A DNA stretch of 62,711 nt, the filler included, from Choristocarpus tenellus KU-1152 (Eukaryota > Protista > Phaeophyceae), in NCBI GenBank assembly GCA_964200185.2. It is 12 parts of 12 records of this genome, joined end to end, with 100 filler letters (N's around TTAATTAATTAA, not from the genome) between each part and the next. Parts side by side here need not be neighbours in the genome. Positions count along the whole stretch, not along the records: positions 9,028 to 16,823 come from CAXNAD020005569.1; positions 16,924 to 22,823 come from CAXNAD020009467.1; positions 22,924 to 27,288 come from CAXNAD020014898.1; 9 more parts are not named here. One strand, written 5' to 3'. Shown piece after piece: positions 11,845-24,434 of the stretch. The position numbers and the translations under genes were made by a program. The notes under the pieces were generated by a model. It made no database searches and had not been told where the DNA came from. It saw only the letters and a program-made list of their open reading frames with translations. Every line of letters begins with the position of its first letter. Within the stretch, counting starts at the first letter, position 1.

Positions 11845-14800
11845 ACCTTGAAAACCGTTGAAGGAATCCAAGACGAACCCAACTCATTTCACCAACCCAA
11901 CATTCCAACGGATGACTTCAGGAGCATCATTCACTATTAGACATAAAGTGGCAGTTACAGAATCGTGAAAAGGATTGAAAATATATATTTCCGTTCGTTT
12001 CACCTACGCAAAATCCCTACAGCGTCCTAGCGACTTAAGCAGAAACATTTGCGTTTGGGTACCAAGTAGTAGTTACGAAACTGTTGGATGGATCTAAATA
12101 TTTCCGTCCGTTTCATTGACCCATAATAACCGGATGACTTGAGCGGGAACATTCAAAGATAGGCATGCAGTGGCGAATATAAAAACCTTCCATGGATCCA
12201 AAAATGTGTTGAGTTCGATTCATCTCCCCATATCTGCGCAAGATACTTCACATTAAAATTGAGCAATGATCTTGTTGGTAGATAGGCCCCCACAGGTAGT
12301 TAGTTGTGAAACCGTTCGGTAGATTGTAAATTGTAGGTGTTTTGTGTTGCCCACTAAAGACACTTACAGGCGGCCTTGACAACATCATTGGCAGTTAGGC
12401 ACGCAGAGCCAGTTACCACACCTTTGAAAGGATTCAAATCCGTCAGTCAGTTTCCCCTGATCACTTGCCCAATCCGCACAAGATACAAATTGGTGAGTGG
12501 AACACCAGTATTGGCAGGTAGATAGCACACAGTAGTGGCAGTTACAAAATTGTTGGATGGGTCGAAAAACGTTTACTGACGTTTCACCTGCCTAATATGC
12601 AGGAGATATTGATGGGCGATCTAAGCCGCAACGTTAGTAGTTAGGCACACAGTAAATGTCAGTTTCAAACACGATGGGTGGATCCCAAAACCCTTTGCTG
12701 ACCATTTTACCTGCCCAATCTGCACAAGAACAAATTTGATGATTGGAACACCAATATTGGCGATTAGCTGCCACACATAGTAGTAGCAGATACAAAACCG
12801 TTGGATGTATCAGAATATGTTTGCTGACCCTTTCACCTACTCAATCTGCGTAAGACGCGAACAGGAGACCTGAGCCTTGCTTGAGCAGCAACAGTAGCAA
12901 TTCCACCCACAGTGGCAATTACAAATTGTCAGCCATCCATTTAACCTGCCCAAGCTGCACAAAATATTAACATTTATATTATTGTGCCCTCTGACATTTT
13001 GCAGATATGTCAGGGAAAAAGACAAAGCTATAGATACTAGCTGGCAACTGCGTACGCAATTAGGTCCAGGGGAATACAGATTCAGAACTGCCCAAAACCG
13101 TTTCCTGGCTGTTTCACCTGTCCAACCTGCACAACCTACCAACAAGTAACTCGAGAAACAAAATTACTTCCAGTTAAGAACAGAGAGGCAGATGCAAATA
13201 TATTGGATGCACCACCTCCTGACTAGTTCACCTAACCAATCTGCAAAACATACCAACAGGCAACTTGAGTAGCAATAGTATTGACGGTTAGGGACTCAAT
13301 TGTAGTTACAAAACTGTTGGATGAATCGGAAAGTGTTATTTTCTATCCGTTTCACCTGCCCAATCTTGGCAGGTAGGCACACAGTGGTAGTGGTAGATAC
13401 AGAACAGATGGATCGAAAACTGTCTGCTGACCGATTCCATTGCCCAATCTCTTACAGCGGTATGCGAACTGGTAACTTGAGTACCAGTAGTAACAGTTAG
13501 TCACAGATTGTAAGATACAAAATAATTGGATGCATCCAAAAACGTGGTTCTGTCCATTTCGCCTTCACCATCCGCATAAGTTTTTCTAAAAAGCAACCTA
13601 AGCAGTGATATGGATTAGATAAATGTGTTACATGAATCGAAGACCGTTTCCTGTCGGTTTCACTTGCTAGCTCTGCCCAACATGCAGAGAGCCAATGTGG
13701 GCAGCAACATCAATACAAAAAAAAACATATCGACAATTTATCCCAGTCAATTTTGGGTCAAGCCCATCCTCAATGAAAAGCTCCATCCTCAATTTTTGAA
13801 ATCGGCTGTTGGTGGGAGTTTGACACTCAATGGTAGATATTAATCCGTTGGATGGATCCAAAATCGATTGTTTATATTTCATCTGCCCAGTCTGCACAAG
13901 ATACTAACAGCAGACAAAAGCAGAAAATTTGTCAATTATTGGCGCATAGTGGCAGTTTCTAAACCATTGCACGGATCCAAATCAGTGTCTGTCCTTTTCA
14001 TCTGCCAAAGGTGCACAAGTAAGCTTCTAGCATGCTTCTAGCATACAAACATACAGGAACAGCATTTGGTAGTCACAAAGTGCCATATACAAAATTGTTG
14101 GATGGACCCAAAACCTGTTTCTATCCAATCCATCTGCCCAAGCTGCGCAAGATACTCAGCAACATTGGCAGCTAAACACAATCGTAGTAGATGCAAAACT
14201 GTTTGCTGACCATTTCACCTGCCCTATCTACACAATATGCAAACATGGGACCTTGAGGAGCAAGAATGCGGACCAGGCATGAGGTGGTCAAAAAACAGTG
14301 TTGGATGGATTTTAAATCGCTTTCTATCCTTTTACATGCCATATCAGCACAAGTTTCTATCAGGCGAACTGAGACCAGCATTGGAAATTAGACTCAGATA
14401 CGAAGCAACTGGATGGATCGGAACTGTCTTCAGACCTTTTCACCTGCTCAATTTGTGCAAGATGCAAACAGGTGACTTGAGCTGCGACATTTGAAAGTTA
14501 GGTGCATAGTGGCAGTAACAAGATTGTTGGGCATTGGATGGATCGAAAATCATTTACCGTCTGTTTCACCTGCCCAATCAGGGTAGTAAGGTGCTATCAG
14601 GCAACTTGAGCCGCAACATCATTAGCTAGGCACACAAGTGTTTAGTCAGATACCAAAATGCTGGATGTATCCAAAACAGGTTACTGACCATTTTCACGTC
14701 TCAGTCTGCGTAAGGCAGTAACAGGTAACTCTAGCAGCAAGATTGGCAGTGCCTGGTACAAAACCGTTTCATGGACTCAAAGTGTTTCCTGTCGTTTCAC

Positions 14801-15840
14801 CTGTCCTACGTATCTTCGCAAGTTTCAAACAGCCCAACTGTGCAGCGACGTTTGCAGTTAGGCCCACAGTGGTGATACAAAAACTATAGCATGTATTGGA
14901 AGCTGTTTACGGACTACTTTACATGCCTGATCCAGTCAAGATGCAAACAGGTGAACGATTTTATTTAAGTAGCAGTATTGACGGGTAAACAGTGGCAAAG
15001 TTGGAGAGGTAAAATATCATCATCATGGGTAACTGAGATTCTAGGAGGTTCAAAGAATAGACAAATGGTAAACAATAAGAACAAAAAAAAAATCCACTTC
15101 CATCATATTGTCACCCTAATCCTCCAACTCTACCTGAGTCAAGACTGAGATAGCGACAGTGACTTCTACAATAATATCTAATGAGGTAGATGCAAAATTG
15201 TTGGATAAAAAAAATATAATTACCGTCTCCTTCACCTGCACAAGTTACCAATGAACAACTTGAACAGAATTATTGACAGTTACGCACTCAGTGGCAGGTA
15301 GACACAAAAACCATTGGATGAATCCAAAACCATTAATTTCTTCTTCACTTACCCAACCTTCACAAGTTTTCTTAACAAGTTAACAGGCAACATGACCAAC
15401 GTCATTGGCAGTTAGGCATAGATTGGCTTGTAGAAAACCGTGGATGAATCGGAAACTATTTGCTGACTGTTTCATCTACTCAACTGTGCAAGATGTGAAC
15501 AGGTTTGATCAGCAATATTGACAGTTAGGCACAAGTTGGTGGTTACAAAACTATTTAATGGACCCAAAACCGATTCCTGCCTGTCCTACCCGCTCAATTT
15601 GGAGAAGATACTAGGAGGCGAGACCTGAGTAGTAGGGAGACAGGCAGTTGGACACAGAGTAGCATCTACAAATCTATTAGATGGATCCAAGATGAAATTT
15701 TGTCCACGTCAACAGCCCAATCTGAACAGCTGCCAACAGGCGACTTGAGCAGAAATTTGCACTTGGGCACACTGCGGCAGTTGTAAACCCAATTGGATGT
15801 ATGTTTTTTTACATATTCTGGCCAATTCACCTGCTCAGTC
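11845..15840. repeat. Diverged tandem array, about 33 units of 105-130 bp
   Basis: Recurring blocks GGCAGTTACAAAACCGTTGGATGGATCCAAAAC / TTTCACCTGCCCAATCTGCACAAGATAC / AACAGGCAACTTGAGCAGCAACATTGGCAGTTAGGCACACAGT at about 115-120-bp spacing. Interrupted near 14960-15180. Confidence 0.92.
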
Positions 15841-16110
15841 TGTTGTAAAGCTTAGCACATGCAAGGCTTGTCGCCCAAAGCCACTGGTTGAGTTACATGG
15901 TGAACATACACTGAATATTAATTATGCACTGGGCCTTTGTCTTAGCCATCAATTATCTCTGACGTATGACCAAGGACTGCCCCATCATACTGCTATGTGC
16001 ATCACTACTTTGTGTTGTACCAAACTATAGATAAACGTACATGAAACTATGTTATATACTTGTATCAGCACACACAACGTAAGAATAACATAACACTAGG
16101 TTATTCGACA
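15841..16110 (-). mobile_element. Copia 3' LTR (270 bp)
   Basis: TGTTG...CGACA termini. Polypurine tract (AAGGGGAGGA on minus) directly adjacent at 16111-16120. Homologous to 43344-43606. Confidence 0.85.
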
Positions 16111-16774
16111 TCCTCCCCTTGCTGAAGACAAGTATTAACTCTCTAACAATCACACCAAAATAAATAAATAAACACATATGTTTCCTTACTTATTCATTAA
16201 AACTTGCATATTGTCTAAAACTCGGACTGGCAAATTCTTGGTCCACACATCTGCCCTCTTGTTAGCAGTACTAACACAAAAAAACACAAATCTCTCCTTT
16301 TCTACCGAAGTCCCTCAATAAATGGTGTCGGACATCAATGTGTTTGTTCTAGTAGAGCTTTTGACATTTCGTACTAGCTTGCATGCCCCAGCGCTATCCT
16401 CAAACATGTCAATGCAACGCCAAGGAAACTGTGGCTGAATATACTCAAAAACACCTATCAAGAAAAGCAATTCCTGTGCCATGCTGCTATGGGCTATATA
16501 TCCACTCTCCGTGGAAGACAGAGCTACAACCTTTTGTACCTTTGATATCCAAGATATTGCTCCTCGAGTTACTGATATACAATCATTATAGTCTCCAGCA
16601 TAACTAGCATCAGCTTATGCGCTCAACTCACACTCATTATCAAAACCACGAAAACTCAATCCAACACTGGGACACGTATTCAAATATGCCAAAATACACT
16701 TAAAGGCACTTGAATGTGTGACTTTGGGCTTACTACTGTATTTGGCAACCTCGAGAACTGCATTTGCAATGACT
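16111..16774 (-). mobile_element. Copia RT/RNase H relic (frameshifted)
   Basis: Minus-strand motifs IANAVLEVAKY..P..THSSAFKCILAYL, ADASYAGD, KHIDVRHH, VSTANKRADVWTKNLP. Confidence 0.88.
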
Positions 16775-16823
16775 CAAAGTATCTGGGGGGGGGGGGGGGG
16801 TTTTGCGGGGGGGGTCGGTTCGG
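16775..16823. mobile_element. MITE family A terminus inserted in the Copia relic, at contig end
   Basis: GACT|CAAAGTATCTGGGGGG. Confidence 0.8.
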
Positions 16824-16923
16824 NNNNNNNNNNNNNNNNNNNNNNNNNNNNNNNNNNNNNNNNNNNNTTAATTAATTAANNNNNNNNNNNNNNNNNNNNN
16901 NNNNNNNNNNNNNNNNNNNNNNN

Positions 16924-17164
16924 CTGCCACTTGCCCAGCTTCGGCGGCAAGGTGAAGGGGGGTTAATGTATCACCCTTGAGGGCATGACTACCCCTGACC
17001 CCTAAAAGCTCCCGAACGACCCCCACATGCCCATATTGGGCAGCAAGGTGAAGAGGAGTCAGGCCTGCCTCTGTCGAAACACTATCCTCGACCCCGGACC
17101 CCAGGAGATTCCGAACCACGTCCAGTCGTCCATGTCGAGCTGCAAGGTGAAGGGGGGTTTTCAT
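16924..17164 (-). CDS. Ankyrin-repeat protein fragment (at least 2.5 repeats, truncated by contig end)
   Basis: TPLHLAARHGRLDVVRNLL / GLTPLHLAAQYGHVGVVRELL / TPLHLAAEAGQV. Confidence 0.88.
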
Positions 17165-17479
17165 TTGTGAATACTGTGGCATTGTATTGCATTGGGGCTG
17201 CACAGTGTGCATTAGAGTATCCCCAAGCCTCAGCCTGGGGGTTTGAAGGGAGTTGGTCATCTTACTGCTATGGTACAATAGTGTCAAGTTCGTACATTCT
17301 AACACCAGAGCTGTATCGCGCGTTGCTCGCTCGAACAGTTGCACTCTCCAACAGAACCTATTTTTCTTCCTGCTATTTCGACTCTTGTGTTTTGTGTTCA
17401 TTGGCACCATTTATATTCTTTCTCTCCACCATGTTTATGAAGATGATCATTCTATAACTTGCTTGTAGATGAAAATTAT

Positions 17480-19450
17480 GTGAACAACTCCACCTTCAAC
17501 CTATTTTTGAGAAGTAGGACTATGCTCTCTTTCTTTGTATGAGGATATGAGGAGCAATACATTATTGATGAGAATCTATATTTTCTTTGAGGAGGAATCT
17601 CCTGGACTGTCTCCTTTCTTCTGGGTTTTTGTAGTTTTTTTCTTTGCTTTCTTGGTTCCTTGGTTCCTTGATTACCTCGTTGTTTGGTTCTTCTTTGTTA
17701 CTCTTGTCATTATTGTCGAGAGTAGACAACAATTTCAAACGATTTCAGTATTAGTCCGATGTAATACACCCGGAGAAACTATAGGTGGTGAGAGAGTTCT
17801 GGCGCAAATTTATATTTTACCACAACATCTAATTGGCAGACCTTACACTTAAAGAATGAAAGGAAAAAAGAGGTTGTCTTCATTTGTGCATGAAAACAAA
17901 AAAAGTAGAAATGAAGCTAGAAATGGGTAAATGGGTAGATCACAGAGAAATTAGAAACGAGTATGTAGATCACATAGAGTCGATGTATTTGTATGGGATT
18001 GACAATATCAAGAACAAAGTTGGTTGTCTCGCCAGAATACCAGTTTCCTGAACAAGAACAGGAGAACTACTACCATTTCTATCTTAATAACTTCTGTTCT
18101 TCTTCTAATGCCTATTTTTGCGAATAGGATGAAGGGTTGGCCAATGAAAAGGCCCCTCGATACAAAATCCTTTCAACTCAGGATCTCTTACCTACGATCT
18201 ATCTATGATAGAATTTTTTTCCCACCATTAATAACATTGTATTGTTTGTTGTTTTTCACTCCCTCAAATAATGGAGATCCCAAAGAATATGTGATGTAAG
18301 TACTAAGAGGGAAAAACGTGAAGGCGTGTACAACTTAAATATGATGATATATAGAACGATGAGTACTTTAATCGAATGAGAAATGACTCTTGTTGTTGTA
18401 TGCCCAGGTTCTGTATGATGGACGGAGGTTAAGGAAAGAAGTGAGAGGGCGGGTTGAAATGCTAAGCAAGAACTGAAAACGTTAGGGTATTTTATGTATC
18501 TCAACTCCCACAACTGAATTAACTGCGACTAGTCAGAACAGAACACAATCCCTAGGTTTATTGGTTTGAATACACAGATCATGTCCAGGGGACAGGAATT
18601 GGATTGCGGTGCGTCACATACCACATCACCCTGACTGAATTTAACAAGAAAACGATACTCACGTGGTGAATATCAATCACTAAGAGCTGTGTGTCATATA
18701 ATGTGTCGGAGATCCTATATACGGGACCTGTCCCTGAGGTGCCGGAGGAGGATGGGGTGAGGGCGGAAGAAGATGATGATTCTTCTCCCTCCATCCCTCC
18801 AGTAACTCTCGACCCGAGATTCTCAAATATGTATTATGTTACGCCATCCCGACATTTTGCGGATGAGTTAGGTGGGCAAAGTCTCCCCTAATATCTCGGT
18901 GGATGAGGCAAAATGCCGTGCTGAAAAGGAGTTTTTGAGGGCTTCGAGGGCAGAATCATAGATTGGTGTAGACTGCCCCGTTTTGTTTGAGATTTTAAGG
19001 GGTAACCTTTTTGTGTCTGCACAATACACCCATAAAATATGAACATGTGAAATAAAAATCTTACTTCTTTTATGTGGGCAGCAAAAGTTATACTACATTT
19101 AATTCCGAACGGAGGAAGTAAGGTTCAAGATAGGAGCCAAAGCAACGGTATGATGGCTTAACCTAACACGCAAGAAATAAGGTATGGGTCGAGGCAGTAC
19201 AATGAATAAGCCTCATTACAACAGCATGATGAGAAGTAGTGCAATATGCAGTTAGTACCTTTCACCATGTGTAGGGATAATCTCCAGTTTAAATTGAGGG
19301 AAAGGTATCTTAAGTAGGTATCACGAGACACAAAGCTGTGGATATCTTAAACTATCATCAGACTACCACCTTCCCCTCTTGTCCTTTCTCGCCCAAAAAC
19401 TTTTAGTTTAACACTACTGTGTTTATTTTCACTATTATTTTTCACTTTAG
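17480..19450 (-). mobile_element. Highly decayed Gypsy-like pol (integrase/RT) relic
   Basis: Residual H-x4-GH integrase zinc-finger-like segment (VHHTEPGHTTTRVI) and weak RT-like fragments. Many stops; boundaries approximate. Confidence 0.35.
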
Positions 19451-21367
19451 TCGGAGGGTAGGCATAGGAGAGCAAAAAATAACAATGAACGGTTAGAAAT
19501 TACAATAGTAACCTGCTTGAGAAATATGTAACAAAAGCAACGAAAAATGAGAAAGGTGAAGAACACATGCTACGCAACACCTCTGAAGGTGAACCAATAG
19601 AAAACCAGACGTAACACACAACACCCAATTCTTGGGATAGTGTATCATTAGCATCGATACACATCACCAGGTAGGTCCTACAATGGAAAAGGGGGGGAAA
19701 AGGGGAAAAAAAAAGCTACTTACCCCATTGAATCCATCCAATCAAAAACACCACACATCACACAACGAACAGTATATGGTTCGACACATTACGGATAATA
19801 GTGTTTCCTCGATTCACAGCAATTGCAGAATAATAGTCTTGGCCCTTACTAACCACACCTCTCCAATGAAAAGTCGAACAATGCTTTCGCTCATCACTGC
19901 GTTCTTCCTCTTATCCAAAAGTGACCTCAACATGGAGGTGAGCATGCATATCCTATGAAGTATATATAGTCATAATTTCGTATTGATTGCTTCATTCCTA
20001 AGAGCACATCTCTTTCTGCAGTTTAGTAAGTACTTCTGTGCAATGAGGTCAGGTGCGTTTTTTTTTACAACCGCAGTAGCGCTAAAACAGCTTGTGTAAT
20101 TGTGCTGAATACACTTTTTTGGCTTGATTCAGTAGGTTGAGACAGGCACAGTGCCAGATCAAATCAGTGTGGTTGTTGTAATATGAGCCAAACCAATTGA
20201 GAGGTAGGCAGGTTTGAACCCTTTTTCATTCTGATCCATCTTTCTTACCCTGTGTAATAAATCTATTTCATTGCTCTATGTACACAATAGTGCACACAAA
20301 ATTAGCATCCCCCCTTTCCACTTGCAAAGTGATTACACAGTTCAATAAAGACTTTCTGCAATTGGACAAAAGTGACATATTCTTGCCTTGGGATCCTTAA
20401 AATGCAACCCTGACTACCTCTCGGTTTGCCTCTGTCAAACTAAAAAGCACACAATGCACATACGATAAGAGGCGTATCAATATCAGCTGGATGCGTACAA
20501 GTCCACAATAAAAAGAAGTTAACTCTTCATCTTCACACCTAACTTTGTACATCTACAGTAGCTCCAAATTAGTGGTGACAGTCCAGTTTGTTTCGGCAGT
20601 GTTCTCCCAGAGCTATCATGATGAACACCATAGAATAAACCTCAAAATAGAGGATACCTTGTTGTGCAGAACCCTCCATAGTTAGAGCCAGCTAGTAACA
20701 AGGGAGGAGTAAGCCCTCTCACCTCATAACCTGGCAAGCAAGAGATCTGAAGACATCTATCACGGTCACATTGACATAATTAAAGGAGGTGTTAGCTATA
20801 TTTGAAGCTACTTAAAAGTAAAAACAGAGTATTACTTGCCCAAAATAACATCAAATCATCTAAAATGAGGTCGTGTACGGATGCATTGCTTGATTGCTCC
20901 GAGCATGCATCGGGATATGTCTTGATGAAGACACAAGAACGATTCCCCTCTTCATTTGCAATGTGCTGAGCTGCAAGCTGCCTACACGCAAAAGATGCAT
21001 AAACCAATTCAATGAATACCTGCTATATTTACACTGCCTTTACTTAACACTGATGCAGCACTTCATCGACTGTATTTAAGAGCATAGATCACTCAACACC
21101 ATTCAATAGGGAGACACCACCATCCCCTATCCCACCTTACCACCTCTGGTTGCGCAGAAGGACCAGAAAAATGTCCCAAACCAGCATGATGTGTCCTCTT
21201 CATATAAATATACATGTATGCACAAAGAGCTACAAGCACTTCATCCCTCAGATACCATCCAATTCTGTTGGCCTGCCATTTATCACACACATCACTTCAC
21301 ATTGAAGGAAAGGCCAAAACTGTTAGGGAAGCAAGGGCAGGATTGTGTAAATTTAATCAGCTAACTA

Positions 21368-21508
21368 CTACCCATAGAAGCAGCGATCGCATACACGAGC
21401 ATCAGAGAGAACCCCAAGCCGGGGCAATGGGCGGCGGTGGGAGGAGCAGGGGTCACAGATCAGCTTCCCACAGCATCGGCAATTGTGCTTGTCCTTGCTC
21501 ATCTGGGC
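21368..21508 (-). CDS. FYVE zinc-finger protein, terminal exon
   Basis: KHNCRCCGKLICDPCS...ARVCDRCFYG-stop. AAACAG acceptor. Confidence 0.9.
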   Translation of the reverse strand, partial: AQMSKDKHNCRCCGKLICDPCSSHRRPLPRLGVLSDARVCDRCFYG

Positions 21509-21747
21509 CTGTTTGCAGTATGCATGAAGGAGGGCAGAGTGTGAGACATCAATATACTTCATCCTACGTAAGTCCTCAGCAAGGACAACAGGACAAAAGC
21601 AAAAGCAAAACCAACATATTGAAATAATACACAGTGTCTCTGCTACAACGAAGATCTCTCAACAACCCATACATCTGTTGAATGCCATGTTCTAGGGTCA
21701 CTGGTTGTATTGCCAGTAGGGCTAGAGTCAAACAGGTCATTCTCTAG

Positions 21748-21867
21748 ACTACTCCGGAGTACAACAGTCCCCATTCAAAAAGAACTATTTTGCTTTCTAC
21801 TGCTACTACTCCGGAGTACAACAGTCCCCATTCAAAAAGAACTATTTTGCTTTCTACTGCTACTACT
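21748..21867. repeat. Perfect 57-bp tandem duplication (intronic)
   Basis: ACTACTCCGGAGTACAACAGTCCCCATTCAAAAAGAACTATTTTGCTTTCTACTGCT x2. Confidence 0.95.
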
Positions 21868-22041
21868 GTGGACAGGAGAGGCGAAGGAAAGTAAAAAACA
21901 ACAGATGCAACAAGAACACATATCTCAACAAAAAAGGCCCTTCCATCTTACTCACATCCGGCACCTCCCCTCTCTCCTTGCCAATACCTGTGGCAATTGC
22001 CTAAGAAAAGTCCAGCAGAGTCCCTCCCCCCTTAAGAGATC

Positions 22042-22212
22042 CAAAGTATCTGGGGGTGGGTGGGGGTCTACACCAGGGTGTCCATTTGACCCGAAACCAG
22101 TAAATGTGCACTTACAATATCCATCCAATGTATGCAATCAAATCACTCTAAAATCGTGACATTAAAAAATTGAACCCAAATGGACAGCCGCCACCCCCCC
22201 CAAGATACTTTG
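22042..22212 (-). mobile_element. MITE family A, full-length, in FYVE intron
   Basis: CAAAGTATCTGGGG...CCCCAAGATACTTTG. Reverse orientation relative to the 34027 copy. Confidence 0.92.
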
Positions 22213-22230
22213 AGCCAAAAAGGCACTTAC

Positions 22231-22378
22231 CTCAGAGTTCATAGTGGAATTCCAGGTAAAATCGGCACCACATAGCTGGCATTTGTCCCCCGCAGTGTAT
22301 GGAACCCACTCTGGGGCTGTTCGTCCCTCAGCTTCAGCAGCCATCACATCTTCCATCTCCTCAAGGGCGTCAAAGTAG
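22231..22378 (-). CDS. FYVE zinc-finger protein, penultimate exon
   Basis: APEWVPYTAGDKCQLCGADFTW (first CxxC of FYVE). GAG|GTAAGT donor, in phase with the terminal exon. Confidence 0.85.
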
Positions 22379-23559
22379 CTGTCCAAAATTGAGACAGCAG
22401 GAGTCCAATGACGAAGGGGCAATGTGAATGTCAGTATATTTATGTGGGTGGTGGGGAGGCAGGAGTTTTAAGGAAGGGAATGCCAAAATCTTCAGCTTTG
22501 CCTGTGCTGTAATGGGCGGCATCCACGGGCTTAAAGCCTAAGATATATGTATCTGCTTGGTATGGTGTACAGTTGTTCCTACAGAAAAGTTAGCGCCATC
22601 ACCCAATGTGTCGCACGCACTACTGCGAACAAAATTGCATAATGTATCTGACTGAATTGGTGCTATTTGTCAGGTTGCTCTTGCTTTACACTCACTGTGC
22701 ACAACATCTAGATTCGGTCCTCTTAAGGGCATTGTAATTTGGGTAGAAAAAAGGGGAGGGGGGGGGGGAGGAAGGAGGGTGTAGACATAGATTTCAACAG
22801 GCGTAAAGAACGGCTAGTGTGGGNNNNNNNNNNNNNNNNNNNNNNNNNNNNNNNNNNNNNNNNNNNNTTAATTAATTAANNNNNNNNNNNNNNNNNNNNN
22901 NNNNNNNNNNNNNNNNNNNNNNNCCAGATACTTTGGATCAGAGCAAGAGATACCAAGCGCAAGAATTACACATGTGGCCAAGCTAACAGGCAAGGCACAA
23001 CACCATTCCGATGGATTACCACACACTGCTATATCAAAAATGATATCTGCATCAAAATATCGTAATACATGAACCACAGCAAGAACACAAAATAAGCCCA
23101 AGCTTGCAATCAAATTCTAGTATACACACATCCACACTCTAGTCTCTGAACAAAAAAAAAAAAAACGAAGAACTGTTTCTGCACAGGGAGTCTTTGCTTC
23201 ACAGGAGGCAACAGTACATAGAAAAAATAGTTGGATGTCTCTGAAGCAGGGCAAAGAATATCAGTCCAGAGAGACACTAAGCATTGATAGCTCTAAAGAG
23301 TGAGCAAAAAGAAAAGGGAGAGGTATCTCACATCTTTTACAACCCCACTAAAGTCCGAGAGCTACAACTGGCAACATCGACTAAACCCCGTAACAACCAC
23401 TTCCACAGAAAAAATAAAATAAATATGCACGTGCAGTGCAATCGTACAACGGACACTAACCACTCCCATTAAGCAAGTAAGTAGTGCATGCATCGTTTAC
23501 CTTCAAGAAATAATTTGACAAATATTCATATGCAGGTGGCAGCAGAAATGGCGACAGTT

Positions 23560-24250
23560 TCATACATTCAATCAATGACACTTCCACCACTTTCTCCTCC
23601 ACTACTGCTGCGTGTGGAATTGTGGGTTGGGGTATCACCAGAACAACCCCTGCCTCTAACACACTATCAACACCATTACCACTCGTCCGATCTTGCGCCC
23701 CCCGTATTAGTGCCAATGCCCCACTCCCTGTCTCCCACCACGTTAGGCTAGCGAGACTGTCGTCTTGGACTCCAACGGAAGGGGTGGCATCCTGTAGACA
23801 GCACCATCATGAGATTTTCAAAGCAGGCCAGGAAGAACAAGGTGGCAGCAGCCCCAGCCAGTTGATCAGGGTCTGCTCTTGGATCCCTTACCCTCCCCTG
23901 AAGCAGGAGTGACAACTCTCCTCGTCCACATCTTTCCAGACAGGTCCTGCTTGATGCCTGCCATGTTCCATGAGTTTCAGCAGTTGTAAGTGCACATCAT
24001 GATGTGGGTGTTGCGGGTGGGGAGCAGCAGGTGGAGGAATTAACCACCTCCATGTCTGCAGTAGATGTTGTGACGCACTGTGGAGGAGTACAACCTGGGC
24101 TTGGGTGAGTGGTACAGTGAATTGAAAGCTGGACAGTTTTGGTACACTCGCATATGTGTGTGCTGCACCCTCCCTTGAGATCAAGACATCAAGCTCACTA
24201 ACTCTACAGGTCCTTGCAGATTCTAGTTGAGATAATGTTTGAGGAATGAT
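23560..24250 (-). CDS. Putative exons of an unknown gene
   Basis: Two GC-richer open segments (ORFs 23888-24274 and about 23560-23790) with a GG|GTAAGG donor and CTACAG acceptor. No recognisable domain; boundaries approximate. Confidence 0.3.
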
Positions 24251-24434
24251 ACAAGTAAGGTTTTTTACCCACACCAGGATGCAAGAGATGTTATCACTCT
24301 AAAACACGCTACTGTTGTACTATATACAACAGCAAACATCGCGACAATCACTTGACTTCCCTTCCGAAACATACAGAAGAAGTAGGAGCGTCTACAGCAT
24401 CAATGAGGACAATGAAAGCACAGGCCCAGCCTCC

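Noticed and set aside
11845-15840. CRISPR array interpretation of the tandem array
   Set aside because: Units are homologous along their whole length, with no identical repeats separating unique spacers. No cas genes; eukaryotic context.
11845-15840. Array as a coding zinc-finger repeat (one consensus frame reads RFTCPICTRY)
   Set aside because: That frame contains consensus stops, there is no His pair, and indels are not multiples of three. An ancient coding origin cannot be fully excluded.
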